A stretch of 64,000 nucleotides of DNA from a virus (IMGVR_UViG_3300045988_120248:1-64000), one strand, 5' to 3'; numbered from the stretch's first letter, positions 7,871 through 14,892 are shown. Numbers and translations are program-made. The notes: a model not told the origin generated them from the sequence alone.

Positions 7871-7897
7871 CTTCTACCGGAAATCGGCGTTTGTCCC
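7871..7897 (-). promoter_or_regulatory. repeated promoter-like motif, copy 5
   Basis: The minus strand reads GGGACA-aacgccgatttccgg-TAGAAG, followed by TAAAGATAGAAAG. Confidence 0.5.
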
Positions 7898-7910
7898 GCA
7901 CTGGATAAAG

Positions 7911-7935
7911 AAAAAACGCCGGAATTTCTTCCGGC
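7911..7935 (-). terminator. intrinsic terminator GCCGGAA-gaaa-TTCCGGC + T-run (minus strand)
   Basis: Follows the stop of 8005..8556 and precedes motif copy 5. Confidence 0.6.
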
Positions 7936-8004
7936 GCTGCGTTCCGTGTTATGTAATAATTAAAACCTGTTTCCTGCGGAATGGAGAACCGTTTCTCGCC
8001 CCCA

Positions 8005-8556
8005 TCAATCCCAGATGTGTTCTTGCAAGTATGCGTCCCACTCAGCATTTGCGGCTTTTAGCGCTTGCGCGTAGTCTCCACCGTTGACGATACTCTCAAG
8101 TGCTTTTCGGCCTGCGGCGGATTTCGCATAGTGTGGAGAATGCGACATTTTTTCCGCTTCCAGAAATGCGGCTGCGCGTGGATATTTCGTGCGCATGGCA
8201 TCCATGTCATACTGCGGACGTGGACGGAGACCAACGCCGGAATCTCCGCGTTCCATATTTGCATTGAATTCTTCGTCCCAGGCTTCAAGATCTGCTAACG
8301 CGGCTCGAATCTCTTTGAGTCCGGAAATTGCGTCGATTTTCTCTTGATACTCCCGCGCGTCGCGTTTCTTAGCTGCATCGCGTTCTGCAAAGTATTCCAA
8401 AATTTCTGGTTTTCGCTTTCTCAGGTTCGCCATAATTTCAGCACGCGCTGCCGGCTCGTTCGGGAGTATGCGCGCCCAAATTTTATCTGGATTAAGCCAG
8501 CAAAGATCATATCGCCTTACGATCTCCTCAATCGTCATTTCTTCTGCTTTTTTCAT
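8005..8556 (-). CDS. hypothetical protein (183 aa)
   Basis: ORF 8005..8592, with the start moved to MKKAEEM (8556). Confidence 0.6.
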   Translation of the reverse strand: MKKAEEMTIEEIVRRYDLCWLNPDKIWARILPNEPAARAEIMANLRKRKPEILEYFAERDAAKKRDAREYQEKIDAISGLKEIRAALADLEAWDEEFNANMERGDSGVGLRPRPQYDMDAMRTKYPRAAAFLEAEKMSHSPHYAKSAAGRKALESIVNGGDYAQALKAANAEWDAYLQEHIWD

Positions 8557-8570
8557 GCTGCCCCCGTCCT

Positions 8571-8876
8571 TTACTGCCATTTTGCGGCACACCGCGCAAG
8601 AACGCGCCCGTTTACGCTTCGAATGCTTACGGTTCCCTTGATAGCGTCGCCGTCCAAGCGTTCCGCCGGTTCAATGTAAACCGTGGTGATCGTCTCGTCC
8701 TGCGTGAAAAGGAACCCGTCACCATACTCCGTTTCTGCAACTTGCATAAAGTCGGGCAGTTCGATTTCTGTGTGGAGCCAAGTACCGGGGAAGTTTTCCT
8801 TCGCCTCGGCCTTGATTATGATTTTATCCGGAACGTTCCGGAAATCAGAACGGATGCGGTAAAGATGTGCAATCAT
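8571..8876 (-). CDS. hypothetical protein (101 aa)
   Basis: ORF 8571..8885. The second ATG (8876) is properly spaced from GGAGG. Confidence 0.55.
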   Translation of the reverse strand: MIAHLYRIRSDFRNVPDKIIIKAEAKENFPGTWLHTEIELPDFMQVAETEYGDGFLFTQDETITTVYIEPAERLDGDAIKGTVSIRSVNGRVLARCAAKWQ

Positions 8877-8937
8877 GGTGTTCATCCTCCAATTTTTTGT
8901 CGTATTTTATTTTGCTTCATCTGATGTTCTATCTTAT

Positions 8938-8965
8938 ATTCTACCATATTTTTTGGATTTGTCCC
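8938..8965 (-). promoter_or_regulatory. repeated promoter-like motif, copy 6
   Basis: The minus strand reads GGGACA-aatccaaaaaatatgg-TAGAAT, followed by ATAAGATAGAAC. Confidence 0.5.
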
Positions 8966-9003
8966 AGCTTTTTGTGAAAATTTTTCAACTTCTGAAATCT
9001 CTA

Positions 9004-9139
9004 GTTTTCTCGGTTTAGCTGGTTTCAGTGATCTGCTAGTTTTGTTGGTTTTTCCCGATTCCTGATTTTTTTGGTTTTCTCGGTTTCGCTCCGTCCATTT
9101 GTTTCCTTGGTTTTTTTGGTTTTTCTGGTTTTCTCGGTT
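9004..9139. repeat. T/G-rich spacer with three GTTTTCTCGGTT copies (9004, 9074, 9128); AAACC-rich on the coding strand
   Basis: Read directly. The ORF here (8882..9304, NQKNQKNQ...) is a low-complexity artefact. Confidence 0.7.
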
Positions 9140-9224
9140 CTGGTTTGCTTGATTCATCAAAAAGTGAATAATTATGCGCATAAAAGAGGCGCGGAAGTGA
9201 ATCACAACCGCGCCGCCGGGCGTA

Positions 9225-9569
9225 TCATATTTTGCGGTAAACGCAGCCCGTCCACGCTTGGCAGGTCGTGCCATCGCAGGTCGCGCCTCGCACCTTGCAG
9301 TCAATGCAGATCGGATTCAACGGCAGCGCGTCAGGCTCCAGCCACTTCACGCTGCGGACGTAGCCGCACAGCTCCGGGTTGTAGTCGTTTCTCTCGATGT
9401 ACTCACAGAGGACGCGCTGCACGTCGGCTTCTGCGCCGCCGTCGAGCGCCGCCGTGATGGGGAAGACGATCTCCGGGAAGACCGTCCCATACTCCGCAAC
9501 GCTGCGGTAGAAGTCGGCGGGGACGTAGGGCTTGCCGTTTACTCGGCCGAGAATCAAATCAATAATCAT
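9225..9569 (-). CDS. hypothetical protein (114 aa)
   Basis: ORF track; RBS AAAGGAG. Confidence 0.6.
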   Translation of the reverse strand: MIIDLILGRVNGKPYVPADFYRSVAEYGTVFPEIVFPITAALDGGAEADVQRVLCEYIERNDYNPELCGYVRSVKWLEPDALPLNPICIDCKVRGATCDGTTCQAWTGCVYRKI

Positions 9570-9623
9570 TTTGTTCGCTCCTTTTCATTGGCCGCGCTTC
9601 GTGCGCGGCTTTTTCTATCTTTA

Positions 9624-9650
9624 TATCTACGCGATTTTTCAATTTGTCCC
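9624..9650 (-). promoter_or_regulatory. repeated promoter-like motif, copy 7
   Basis: The minus strand reads GGGACA-aattgaaaaatcgcg-TAGATA, followed by TAAAGATAGAAAAAG. Confidence 0.5.
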
Positions 9651-9722
9651 GGCCATCGGCAAAAAATTTTCGGAGAACGCAAAAGAAAAAGCAGCGCCCG
9701 GCTTTCGCCAAGCGCTGCTATA

Positions 9723-9882
9723 CCCCGAAGTTTTCTGGGCGCTCTGTTCAGTTTTTCGGCTCCCGTCCATCAGCCCCGGAGTTTTCCGGTGTCCCTGTTC
9801 AGGCCGTCAGTCTCCCGGAGTTTTCGGACCTTCCTGTTCAGGCGGTAAGTCCCCAGAATTTCCGGGAGCCGTCTGTTCAGGC
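9723..9882. repeat. four tandem ~38-51 bp units, each a short palindrome (CCGGAgtttTCCGG-like) plus CTGTTCAGG
   Basis: Units start near 9723, 9774, 9814 and 9852. They span the stop codon of 9807..10328. Confidence 0.75.
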
Positions 9883-10328
9883 TTGAATTTTTCAAACGAA
9901 GATAACGCGGCCTGCTTGCGCTCGAATGCGTCGGACTCGGCTGCCGCCGCAGTTTCCAGCGCCCGGCGCGCCCAGGTGAGCGCGTCCGGATCTCCCGCAA
10001 GATTTGACGCCAAACTTGCAAGGCGCGCCACGTCTGCCGGAAGCGTCAGACCCTCACCGCCTGCCGCCTGCCCAGGCTGCGCCGCCTGGAAGATCTCGGC
10101 CGCAGGAGCTGCGCCGCCGTCCGCGTCGCCCCGCAGGCAGCCCGAAACGTAGGACGCCAGCGCCGCGTTGACCGTCTGGCCCCGCGCCGCGCACCACGCC
10201 CGGAACGCCTCGCCGTCTGCCTTGCCCACGCGCACGCCCAGCGTCACGCGGTTCGCCTGATCCCACTTATTTTGAGCGCGGCGCTCCGCGTCCGTCCGCG
10301 CCCCGTTTGGATTCTTTGCAATCGGCAT
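9807..10328 (-). CDS. RHH-like DNA-binding protein with A/G/P-rich tail (173 aa)
   Basis: N-terminus ..NKWDQANRVTLGVRVGKADGEAFRAWCAARGQTVNAALASYV.. fits the strand-helix-helix pattern. RBS GAGGA. Confidence 0.55.
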   Translation of the reverse strand: MPIAKNPNGARTDAERRAQNKWDQANRVTLGVRVGKADGEAFRAWCAARGQTVNAALASYVSGCLRGDADGGAAPAAEIFQAAQPGQAAGGEGLTLPADVARLASLASNLAGDPDALTWARRALETAAAAESDAFERKQAALSSFEKFKPEQTAPGNSGDLPPEQEGPKTPGD

Positions 10329-10366
10329 TTTAATGTATCCTCGCTTTCGTTTGCTTCTTGCCTTTT

Positions 10367-10394
10367 ATTCTACCGGCGCGGGCTGTTTTGTACC
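10367..10394 (-). promoter_or_regulatory. repeated promoter-like motif, copy 9 (variant GGTACA)
   Basis: The minus strand reads GGTACA-aaacagcccgcgccgg-TAGAAT. Confidence 0.45.
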
Positions 10395-10414
10395 ATCGGC
10401 AGAATGTACAAAAT

Positions 10415-10572
10415 ATACGGTTAATTTTTAGCGATTTTTTCATAAAATCGTGACTTCTGCATACGGTTGACCCAAAAACGGAGAAATCCTAACATTTTCC
10501 GCACGAATACGGTTAAGCTTATACAATGATACGGTTAAACATAACTTTTTAACCAATTTGACATACGGTTAA
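10415..10572 (+). promoter_or_regulatory. array of five direct repeats ATACGGTT(A/G)A (operator or iteron array)
   Basis: Copies at 10415, 10461, 10507, 10529 and 10563. The last lies inside the promoter spacer. Confidence 0.7.
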
Positions 10573-10586
10573 ACCTATACTATAAT
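10558..10586 (+). promoter_or_regulatory. consensus sigma-A promoter TTGACA-17-TATAAT
   Basis: TTGACA at 10558-10563 and TATAAT at 10581-10586, about 50 nt upstream of 10639. Confidence 0.75.
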
Positions 10587-10638
10587 CAAGCCATCAAATG
10601 AAACAACGAACGCCCCGCAAGGGAAAGGAGAAACCAAT

Positions 10639-11178
10639 ATGAAAAACTACAAAATCGCCAACATCAACCGCAACGCGCGCTACACAGTCACCCCCACGGA
10701 CCACGACGACGGGCACGCGGAGACGCGCGAAATGACCGGCGCGGAGCTGATCGACTTTACCAACGCGGCCGCGCACCTGTACGACATCCACGCCGAGGAG
10801 ATCACCGCCAAGCCGCAGGACACCGCCGAGATCATGCAGCAGGTCGGAGCCGTGGAACTCCCGCAGCGCGTCGCGCTGTACGTCACAGGCACGCAGGGAA
10901 CCGCCACCGCCACCGACAACGCCGCGCAGGTCGAGCGCGTCGCCCGCGATTTTTGCGGGTGGTTCGGCGGCGCGACGGCCCAGCAGAGCGCGGGCTATTG
11001 GCTGAGCGATTCCGCCGGACTGGTCCGCGAGGCCGTGACGATTGTATATGCCGCCTGCACCGCCGACCAGCTCCGGGACCGCCTGCCGGACGTGCTGACG
11101 CTGGCCCAGCAGATCAAAGCCGAGATGCAGCAGGAAGCCGTAACGATCACGATTGATCAAAAAATGTATATCATCTAA
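10639..11178 (+). CDS. hypothetical protein (179 aa)
   Basis: ORF track; RBS AAAGGAG. Confidence 0.65.
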   Translation: MKNYKIANINRNARYTVTPTDHDDGHAETREMTGAELIDFTNAAAHLYDIHAEEITAKPQDTAEIMQQVGAVELPQRVALYVTGTQGTATATDNAAQVERVARDFCGWFGGATAQQSAGYWLSDSAGLVREAVTIVYAACTADQLRDRLPDVLTLAQQIKAEMQQEAVTITIDQKMYII

Positions 11179-11214
11179 GGGAAGCAAGAACAAACCGAAG
11201 GGAGATAAAAGAGT

Positions 11215-11406
11215 ATGAACCAGACAACGGAATTTTTGAAACTGTACCAGAATGTGAAAGACAAGGAGCTGTTTGGACGCTTCTTGGTATTCTGCGCCGT
11301 GCGCTTGAAAATCGGTCAGGACACCGCGACCATCTGGGCCGCATGGCTGGACGCAAGACGCGCGGAAGCGGCTTACATGGCGGCACACGCCGCCGGGACA
11401 ACCTGA
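11215..11406 (+). CDS. small conserved protein, paralog family 'F.RF..FC..RL...IW..W' (63 aa)
   Basis: ..KELFGRFLVFCAVRLKIGQDTATIWAAWLD.. RBS GAAGGGAG. Confidence 0.6.
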   Translation: MNQTTEFLKLYQNVKDKELFGRFLVFCAVRLKIGQDTATIWAAWLDARRAEAAYMAAHAAGTT

Positions 11407-11420
11407 AAGGAGCCTACAAC

Positions 11421-12158
11421 ATGACAGAGTACAAATACACCATCAAGGACATCGAGAACATGAGCGCCGCCAATCTGGCCGACATGGCCGAGGAAGTCGA
11501 GACAATCAAAGATCATACGGTTTACTTCGTGGACTTCGGCGGCTATTTCGGTTTCTCTGCTTGCGTCTGCGCAGAGGGACAGCATATCAGATATGCGAAT
11601 GACTACGAACTGCACCACAAAGGCAAGAGCCGCGACGAACTGCGCGAGATTTACCGCCGGACGCTGAACGACAAACTTTTCACAGAATCCGAACTTGAAA
11701 CCGTCAGCAGTTACGAGGACAAACGCGCCAAGGAATACTATATTCGCAACCTTTACGCAATGCGCCGCCCGTATGTTTCAGCGTTTCACATCGGGCCCGC
11801 GCCGGATACGTCAGAAATGATTTATAGCCCCGTATTCATGGCATATTATCGGGATGCCGATTTCGTGCAGCATGGCGCGGAGCTTCTGCGGACGTTGACC
11901 GAGGCCGAACGCAAGAGCGCCGAATCATTCGACTACTGGAAAAGCGCATTTCTTTATGAAATGTTCAATCATGAATACGCGATCAACTGGCAAGCTGATT
12001 TTGACGTTTGCAGCTGCTTCGCCAACTGCGACGGCGTGAAAGATTACACCAACCCAAACGAACTTTTCACCGCCTGCCAATTCACCGACACGCAGAAAGC
12101 CGCATACATGGCCGCGCGGCGCGAATATCTCAAGAAACAGGAAGAAACGGAGGAATAA
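11421..12158 (+). CDS. hypothetical protein (245 aa)
   Basis: ORF 11343..12158, with the start moved to MTEYKYT behind AAAGGAG. Confidence 0.65.
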   Translation: MTEYKYTIKDIENMSAANLADMAEEVETIKDHTVYFVDFGGYFGFSACVCAEGQHIRYANDYELHHKGKSRDELREIYRRTLNDKLFTESELETVSSYEDKRAKEYYIRNLYAMRRPYVSAFHIGPAPDTSEMIYSPVFMAYYRDADFVQHGAELLRTLTEAERKSAESFDYWKSAFLYEMFNHEYAINWQADFDVCSCFANCDGVKDYTNPNELFTACQFTDTQKAAYMAARREYLKKQEETEE

Positions 12159-12161
12159 AAG

Positions 12162-12404
12162 ATGCTTGAAAATTTACCGATCAACATTAGTCCCACGGAT
12201 CGCCCGCAGTGGTACACACCCGCCGAGATCCGCGCCGCAGCCGCCGAGGGCCTGCGAATCGACTACAACGCCGGACGCGGGCACGTCATCCGCTGCCGCA
12301 AGGCCGCGAACGTCAGCGGCTGGATCACCGCCGTGACCGAGGCCGGATCAATCATCCGCGCATGGGCCGGAGAATTCACCGTCGCCGGGGAGGTGAGATC
12401 ATGA
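12162..12404 (+). CDS. hypothetical protein (80 aa)
   Basis: ORF track; RBS ACGGAGGA. Confidence 0.55.
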   Translation: MLENLPINISPTDRPQWYTPAEIRAAAAEGLRIDYNAGRGHVIRCRKAANVSGWITAVTEAGSIIRAWAGEFTVAGEVRS

Positions 12405-12703
12405 GCACCACAACCACCCAGCAGGCGCGCCGCCTGCCTATCCTGCACATCAACGCCGACGAGCGGCACGCGCTCGATACCTTCGGCGAGTGGTCCCCGG
12501 CAATGGCCCGCGCCTGCATGGAGCGCAACCACCTGAATTTTGACCACATCGAGCGGATCAACAACCACTTCGAGCTGCACAAGTGGGGAAGCGATACTGA
12601 CAGACGCTACCGCAAAGCCGCCGTAAACCGCGCTATAAAGGCCGTAGCGGCCAACCCTGCCGCATACCTGGCCGAAACCAACGGAGAGGAGAACAACACA
12701 TGA
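12401..12703 (+). CDS. hypothetical protein (100 aa)
   Basis: ATGA overlap with the upstream stop; RBS GGGGAGGTG. The longer R-rich N-terminal extension in the track is discarded. Confidence 0.55.
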   Translation: MSTTTTQQARRLPILHINADERHALDTFGEWSPAMARACMERNHLNFDHIERINNHFELHKWGSDTDRRYRKAAVNRAIKAVAANPAAYLAETNGEENNT

Positions 12704-12975
12704 AACGGATACAGATCATCATTGACGCGGCGGCTCTTCTGGCCGTCCTGACGGCCTGCACAAGCCCCAAGCAGGGACAGCCGACCGCAGACACCACCCC
12801 GGCCCAGATCGTAGCAGTGGAGCGCGTCAGCGCCGACACGGACGCCGTAACCGGCGAGGACACGCGCGGCGAGTGCTGGACGTGGTACACCGACGCCGGA
12901 GACTACAGCACCGGCGACCGCGTGCAGCTGACGTTTGACGGCTCCGCAGTCATCGACGCGATCCCGGCAGGCTGA
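12700..12975 (+). CDS. putative lipoprotein (91 aa)
   Basis: Signal peptide with the lipobox ..AVLTAC. Confidence 0.55.
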   Translation: MKRIQIIIDAAALLAVLTACTSPKQGQPTADTTPAQIVAVERVSADTDAVTGEDTRGECWTWYTDAGDYSTGDRVQLTFDGSAVIDAIPAG

Positions 12976-13071
12976 CGCACCACCAGCCGCCCCGGACACC
13001 CTAGCAGAGCCGCACCGGGCACCAAAGCGGCCCCGCCCCATACCATCAAAACGACAAAGGAGATCATAACC

Positions 13072-13797
13072 ATGACTAAAGCTCAGATCATGCGCAAGGC
13101 GTGGAGCCTGTACCGCGCCACCGTCGCAGAGTTCCCAGAAACCCGCAGCCGCGCCCAGTTTGCCATCTGCCTGAAAGAGGCGCACAGATCCGCCCAAGCC
13201 GCCACAGCAGCCCGCCGCGAGTGGGAGAACATGAGCGGCGAGGAACAGTATACCGCGCTGATCCGCATGGCGTGGACCGTAAAGCACCGCGCCGAGGCCA
13301 CCGGACGCGCCGCCGATACGGAGTGGATCAAGCGCCCGGACGACGCGCAGACCGTAGCAGCTGACGCATGGCCCCGCGTCGCTCCCGCGCTGGACCGCAA
13401 CGAGCAGAGCGACGAGCCGCGCCCCCTGGCCCACATCCTGTTTACCGCCTGCACCCAGGCCGCGCACGTCATCGCCCGCAGAGAGTACCGCCACACGGCC
13501 AACATGGCGGATATCTACGCCTTGGATATACGGCCCGCCGACAGTAGCGAGTACACCCAGACCCCGCTCGACAGCCTGCCCAGCGTAACAGCCGCCCCCG
13601 TCAGCAGCCCCGAAGACATAGCCACAACCCGCGCCGCTATCGAGGCCGCAGCCGCCGACAACATCGACCGCGCTATCATCCGAGCGCTTGCCAACGGGCA
13701 CACCGTCCGCGCTATCGCCGCCCACATGGGAACCAGCAAGAGCAGCATACAGCGCCGCATTGATCGGATACGCGCCCGCTACCTTGCGCAGGCTTAA
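13072..13797 (+). CDS. sigma-70 region-4-like HTH regulator (241 aa)
   Basis: C-terminus ..DRAIIRALANGHTVRAIAAHMGTSKSSIQRRIDRIRARY resembles sigma r4/LuxR-type HTH. RBS AAAGGAG. Confidence 0.5.
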   Translation: MTKAQIMRKAWSLYRATVAEFPETRSRAQFAICLKEAHRSAQAATAARREWENMSGEEQYTALIRMAWTVKHRAEATGRAADTEWIKRPDDAQTVAADAWPRVAPALDRNEQSDEPRPLAHILFTACTQAAHVIARREYRHTANMADIYALDIRPADSSEYTQTPLDSLPSVTAAPVSSPEDIATTRAAIEAAAADNIDRAIIRALANGHTVRAIAAHMGTSKSSIQRRIDRIRARYLAQA

Positions 13798-13810
13798 CCG
13801 CCCGCCAAGG

Positions 13811-13894
13811 CCCCCCGCAGCCCCTAGCCGACCACCAGCGCCACCACAAGCCCCAACACCGCCCCAACAGCCCCGCACAGCCTCTACACGCCCC
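13811..13894. repeat. six C4+ runs on the plus strand (G4-prone on the minus strand)
   Basis: C-runs at 13811, 13821, 13851, 13862, 13871 and 13891. GCCCCGCACA occurs twice. The region is almost free of T. Confidence 0.7.
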
Positions 13895-13926
13895 GCACAC
13901 ACTCCCGCAGCCACTCCATATTATAT

Positions 13927-13973
13927 CGCGCGCGCGTGCGCGTATGCGTGCGCGTCGCGTGCGTGCGCGTGCG
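13927..13973. repeat. alternating pyrimidine-purine (CG/TG/TA) tract, 28 + 18 nt
   Basis: cgcgcgcgcgtgcgcgtatgcgtgcgcg t cgcgtgcgtgcgcgtgcg. Confidence 0.8.
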
Positions 13974-14618
13974 TTAATTGCGCGGGCGAGTATTACACTC
14001 TATTCTTTAGCCCCACGCACCAACGTGCAACCCACCGCCAGCCCCTGCCGCCCATCCCTGCCAACCAGAAGACAACGCGCCGCAAGCCAAGCAAACACCA
14101 ACCAACAGCTACTTACAACACACCACAACAGCCGCGCGGGGAAAGTGTTCCCGGCTCCGCTCTGTTCAGGCGGAAACACTCGGCAAATCACCACCCGCGC
14201 CCCGTTGCACTCCAACGGCAGACCGCAGCAAGCCGGGCGCGTCATGCAAAAATCCGCCAAATGTTCGGATGTTTGCATAAAATTGAAGGAAAACTTGCAA
14301 AATTGAGTGCATGTCGTTTACATTATGCCGTATAAAGTAAACGGCATGCTCCTGAAAATGCAAGAATTCCGGCAGCGGCGCAGGACTCCCCCCATTTTAC
14401 AAGCCCAGGAGCCGCCCAAAATCCGAGAAGGCACTAAGCACTTCCCCCCGCTCACTCGTTCCCCAATTCGACACAAAAAACCGTGGTGGGAATCATATGG
14501 GGCTGAATCAAAAGAGGACAGTGGCTCCAATACTGACCCTAGGCTCTGAGCGTGAGGCCTAAATATACTGTTTTGTAACGTCGGCTACGGCCGGCGCTTT
14601 CTTTTTGCCTGCGTAGGC

Positions 14619-14634
14619 GGGGGGGGGGGGGGGG
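14619..14634. repeat. G16 homopolymer
   Basis: Counted directly from 14619 to 14634. Confidence 0.9.
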
Positions 14635-14820
14635 TATTTTCCAAACCTGAGTCAAAATTTCGGAACGGATAGGGGCATACCCCAAAAAATAAAATTTGCG
14701 CGGTTGCCTTACGGCAACATATCAGGTGTCCTACGGACAAAGGTTACATACTACGGAGGTACTGGTCAGACATGCAGCGACCATCGGGCGGCGCGTGTAT
14801 GATTGGCTGCGCGGTTTTTA

Positions 14821-14857
14821 GGTCGACATAAGGATGGGAAAAAAACATTTGTGGCGG
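14821..14857 (+). promoter_or_regulatory. operon-leader element, copy A (GGTCGACATAAGGATGGGAAAAAAACATTTGTGGCGG)
   Basis: Near-identical to 24259-24293. It ends 36 nt before the start at 14893. Confidence 0.5.
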
Positions 14858-14892
14858 TGAGTATGATGAAAAATAGAGGGGGCGATAAAGCA

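Noticed and set aside
8882-9304. 140-aa ORF with NQKNQKNQ repeats
   Set aside because: It is the translation of the AAACC-rich repeat spacer. It is low complexity, lacks an RBS, and overlaps the end of 9225..9569.
9723-9882. CRISPR array
   Set aside because: The units are contiguous tandem repeats with no unique spacers, and they partly overlap a coding region. No CRISPR-like repeat-spacer structure was seen anywhere in the window.
10594-11388. 264-aa minus-strand ORF
   Set aside because: It is antisense to 10639..11178 and 11215..11406 and crosses the consensus promoter region. Its composition is a GC-frame artefact.
12607-13914. 435-aa minus-strand ORF (G/A/R-rich)
   Set aside because: It runs antisense to a series of RBS-preceded plus-strand genes in the GC-rich block. 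Its composition is typical of an open antisense frame in high-GC DNA, and it has no RBS.
13688-14335. 215-aa P/A/R/T-rich plus ORF (and 13944..14306)
   Set aside because: It is the translation of the C/A-rich non-coding junction and of the alternating CG tract. There is no RBS, and it overlaps the 3' end of the sigma-like gene out of frame.
14490-14600. tmRNA-like start (GGGGCTGA at ~14499)
   Set aside because: No tag reading frame, pseudoknots or 3' T-arm/ACCA partner follow. The match is limited to 8 nt.
14690-14770. Three short hairpins with (T)TACGG loops (GTTGCC-TTAC-GGCAAC, TGTCC-TAC-GGACA, ..CTACGGAGG..) as a structured RNA
   Set aside because: The stems are only 4-6 bp. No flanking promoter or terminator was found, and no conservation can be assessed from this window. 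I noted it but judged it too weak to call.
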